Origin: Chloroflexota bacterium
Lineage (GTDB): Bacteria > Chloroflexota > Dehalococcoidia > E44-bin15
NCBI GenBank assembly: GCA_030626475.1
Contig: DAOUOW010000004.1
Coordinates: forward strand, 1-49,968
DNA length: 49,968 nucleotides
Direction of reading: 5' to 3'
Below are positions 47,768 through 49,968 of this stretch, piece by piece. The notes below the pieces were generated by a model. The model was not told where the DNA came from. It saw nothing but the letters and a program-made list of their open reading frames with translations, and made no database searches. The translations under genes were made by a program, and so were the position numbers. The stretch's first letter is position 1; each line of letters begins with the position of its first letter.

Positions 47768-48901
47768 TTGGACTTAGGTTTTAGCGAAGAGCAGGAAATG
47801 TTGAGAACAGCAGCTCGCGATTTTCTCACCAATGAATGTCCCCCTGACTTGGTAAAGGAGATGGCCGAGGATGAGAGGGGCTATACCCCGGAGCTGTGGA
47901 AGAAGATGGCTGAACTGGGTTGGATGGGGCTGACATTTCCTGAGGAATATGACGGCATGGGGATGACTTTCCTCGACCTGGTCATTCTCCTTGAGGAGAC
48001 GGGGCGAGCCTGCCTCCCCGGCCCATTGTTCTCCACGGTGGTCCTCGCTGGCTATACCATCCTGGAGGCGGGGAGTGAGGAGCAGAAAAAGGAACTCCTG
48101 CCCAAGATCTCGAACGGGGAGCTGATCCTTACCCTGGCCCTCACCGAGCCCAGCGCTAGTTATGAGCCCGGTGGGATCAAGATTAAAGCCAGCCCCAAAA
48201 ACGGTGATTATGTGATCAATGGCACCAAACTTTTCGTTCCTGATGCCAATGTAGCCGACTATATGATATGCGTCGCCAGGACCAAGGATGGCGCCAAGCC
48301 AGAGGAGGGGATTACCCTCTTCCTCGTCGATACCAAGAGCCCTGGGATCAGCACCACGCTGTTGAAGACCATAGCTGGCGATAAGCAATGCGAGGTCATC
48401 TTCGATGATGTCAGGGTGCCCAAAGAGAACATCCTGGGCGATCTGGACAAGGGCTGGCCGGTGGTGGAGAAGGTATTGGAGAAGGCTACGGTGGGGCTTT
48501 GCGCCCAGATGGTGGGCGGTGCTCAAAAAGCGCTGGAGATGAGCATCGATTATGCCAAGGAGAGGGTCCAGTTTGGGCGGCCCATCGGCAGCTTCCAATC
48601 GATCCAGAACTACTGCGCCGACATGGTCACCGATGTCGATGGATCGAAATACATCACCTACGAGGCGGCGTTGAAGCTCTCAGATGGACTTCCTGCTGCC
48701 ATGGAGGTGTCGATGGCAAAGGCCTGGGTCAGCGAGGCCTGCTGCCGGGTAACCGCTTTGGGGCACCAGATTCATGGCGCTATCGGCTTCATGGCTGACC
48801 ACGATTTGCCCCTCTACTTCAAGCAGGCCAAGGCAGGAGAGGCTACCTTTGGCGACGCCGATTTTCACCGCGAGCTGGTAGCCAAGCATCTGGGACTTTA
48901 A
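47768..48901 (+). CDS. Acyl-CoA dehydrogenase, partner-type subunit
   Basis: Close paralog of the previous gene; RVQFGRPIGSFQ, QIHGAIG, LYFKQAK; TTG start after AAGGAGGAG. Confidence 0.9.
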   Translation: MDLGFSEEQEMLRTAARDFLTNECPPDLVKEMAEDERGYTPELWKKMAELGWMGLTFPEEYDGMGMTFLDLVILLEETGRACLPGPLFSTVVLAGYTILEAGSEEQKKELLPKISNGELILTLALTEPSASYEPGGIKIKASPKNGDYVINGTKLFVPDANVADYMICVARTKDGAKPEEGITLFLVDTKSPGISTTLLKTIAGDKQCEVIFDDVRVPKENILGDLDKGWPVVEKVLEKATVGLCAQMVGGAQKALEMSIDYAKERVQFGRPIGSFQSIQNYCADMVTDVDGSKYITYEAALKLSDGLPAAMEVSMAKAWVSEACCRVTALGHQIHGAIGFMADHDLPLYFKQAKAGEATFGDADFHRELVAKHLGL

Positions 48902-48918
48902 TAGAGCGGTGAAAAAGG

Positions 48919-49016
48919 AGAGCCAAGAGAGGTGAAGCCTCACTGGCAGGGGTCTGGGGGTGTCCCCCAGTTATATTTCCTCCCCCTCTCCTCAAGGAGA
49001 GGGGGCCGGGGGTGAG
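48919..49016. repeat. REP/MITE-like multi-hairpin intergenic element
   Basis: GAGG-TGAAG-CCTC; CTGGGGG-TGT-CCCCCAG (48954-48970); CCCCCTCTCCT-CA-AGGAGAGGGGG (48982-49005), then CCGGGGGTGAGG. Confidence 0.65.
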
Positions 49017-49361
49017 GTGAACAAAGATTGCATCTTTTGTCGCATCATAAGCGGCGAGATCCAAAGTGATATCCTTTACCAGGATGAAGAGGTCATCGCC
49101 ATCCGCGATATCAACCCCCAGGCACCAACCCACCTCCTGGTGCTGCCCAGATCCCACATTTCATCCCTGGCCGATGTCGGCGCTGACCAGAAGCAGCTTT
49201 TAGGGCATCTTGTCCATGTCGCCAACGAGCTGGCGAAAAGGGAGGGCATTGCCGACAAAGGCTACCGCCTGGTGATAAACTGCGGTGTTGAGGCCGGTCA
49301 GGAGGTACCTCATCTCCACCTCCACCTCCTCGGCGGCAGGTCGCTAGGAAAGCTGGGCTAG
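49017..49361 (+). CDS. hinT: Histidine triad (HIT) nucleotide-binding protein
   Basis: DCIFCRI, DINPQAPTHLLV, GQEVPHLHLHLLGGR; GTG start. Confidence 0.93.
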   Translation: MNKDCIFCRIISGEIQSDILYQDEEVIAIRDINPQAPTHLLVLPRSHISSLADVGADQKQLLGHLVHVANELAKREGIADKGYRLVINCGVEAGQEVPHLHLHLLGGRSLGKLG

Positions 49362-49387
49362 AATCCTCTAAACCTCGCTAAATATAA

Positions 49388-49422
49388 GGGGTGCCGAAAG
49401 CCTGCGGCACCCCGCCTTTTTT
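49388..49422 (+). terminator. Intrinsic terminator after the HIT gene
   Basis: GGGGTGCCG-8 nt-CGGCACCCC then GCCTTTTTT. Confidence 0.8.
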
Positions 49423-49445
49423 CGGCTGAAGGCTATCGATACGAG

Positions 49446-49484
49446 ACAAAAGAGAGTAGGGGCATCAAGTTGATGCCCCTACTC
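49446..49484 (-). terminator. Intrinsic terminator of the last gene
   Basis: Perfect GAGTAGGGGCATCAA-G-TTGATGCCCCTACTC; TCTTTTGT follows on the minus strand. Confidence 0.8.
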
Positions 49485-49508
49485 AGAATGCTGGCATTGT
49501 CCAACGGA

Positions 49509-49967
49509 CTACTCTGGCGGGACGACCCTGACAAAATCGCCTCCCGTGATTGGCACATCGTCATAGGTGTAGGCGGTCAAGACGAGTTCGGTAGTCGTGT
49601 CAGTCAATACACCTTCTTCAACCAGCTGCTGTACTCCGAAGAAGGCAACCAAATCCATATAGCCATCCTCGTTTACATCCTCGTACGAGTATGCCAGTTT
49701 CGGAGCCTTTGCTGGCCCACGGGTCGCGAGGGTTATACCTCCGATTTCGATGGTACCAGGATCTATTGTGGAAACATCGAAATCCTCAGTGCCGAGAATG
49801 GCTACTGGCAGCACGCCTCGGTCACCCAGGTTGATGCTGTTGGGGTCGCTGCCGGGCTTGATGTCGATCTCCACCTCAATGACCGGGCAGATCATCGTCA
49901 CGCTGACTGTCACCGAGCCGCCGTTATTCCACCATTCGTATCCGTCTTGAAGCCCGAAAAACAGCCT
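49509..49967 (-). CDS. C-terminal part of a probably secreted protein (start lies beyond the window)
   Basis: Frame is open to the window edge (RLFFGLQDGYEWWNNGGSV...); IDIKPGSDPNSIN...VAILG...EDVNEDGYMDL tail domain with a Ca-binding-like loop. Confidence 0.7.
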   Translation of the reverse strand, partial: RLFFGLQDGYEWWNNGGSVTVSVTMICPVIEVEIDIKPGSDPNSINLGDRGVLPVAILGTEDFDVSTIDPGTIEIGGITLATRGPAKAPKLAYSYEDVNEDGYMDLVAFFGVQQLVEEGVLTDTTTELVLTAYTYDDVPITGGDFVRVVPPE

Positions 49968-49968
49968 C

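Noticed and set aside
47774-48598. 274-aa minus-strand ORF
   Set aside because: Antisense shadow of an acyl-CoA dehydrogenase.

Overview
Ordinary bacterial chromosome, inferred to be an anaerobic Chloroflexota (Dehalococcoidia-like) from the Re-citrate-synthase-type gene, the ACP and FtsK insertions and the many acyl-CoA enzymes. Core genes: yebC-ruvC-ruvA (no ruvB in the window), uvrB, accD-accA fusion, ftsK, udg, TPP riboswitch-thiC-thi4, cinA, plsX-trxA-trxB, acpP/nusB/fabD/fabK/rpmF/yceD, trmO, rsmG, three acyl-CoA dehydrogenases and HIT. Four AT-richer accessory islets interrupt these: (1) the tail of a TcmP-like gene coupled to an SPL-like radical SAM gene at the left edge; (2) a divergent ParB-like / small ORF / MerR-like HTH / B12-radical-SAM cassette; (3) an N-terminal-Thr proteasome-beta-like gene plus a small acidic ORF beside a transposase remnant; (4) an HTH-speD-ornithine decarboxylase unit with operator-like repeats, a long leader hairpin and a doubly frameshifted pseudogene. 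Reading the DNA directly also gave two tiny desulforedoxin-like genes absent from the ORF track, a tandem triplet of PD40 beta-propeller lipoproteins, a Thi4 with Ala at the Cys/His position and a scar of a deleted acyl-CoA dehydrogenase. No tRNA, rRNA or CRISPR array was seen. All family calls come from motif recognition by eye; no database search was run.
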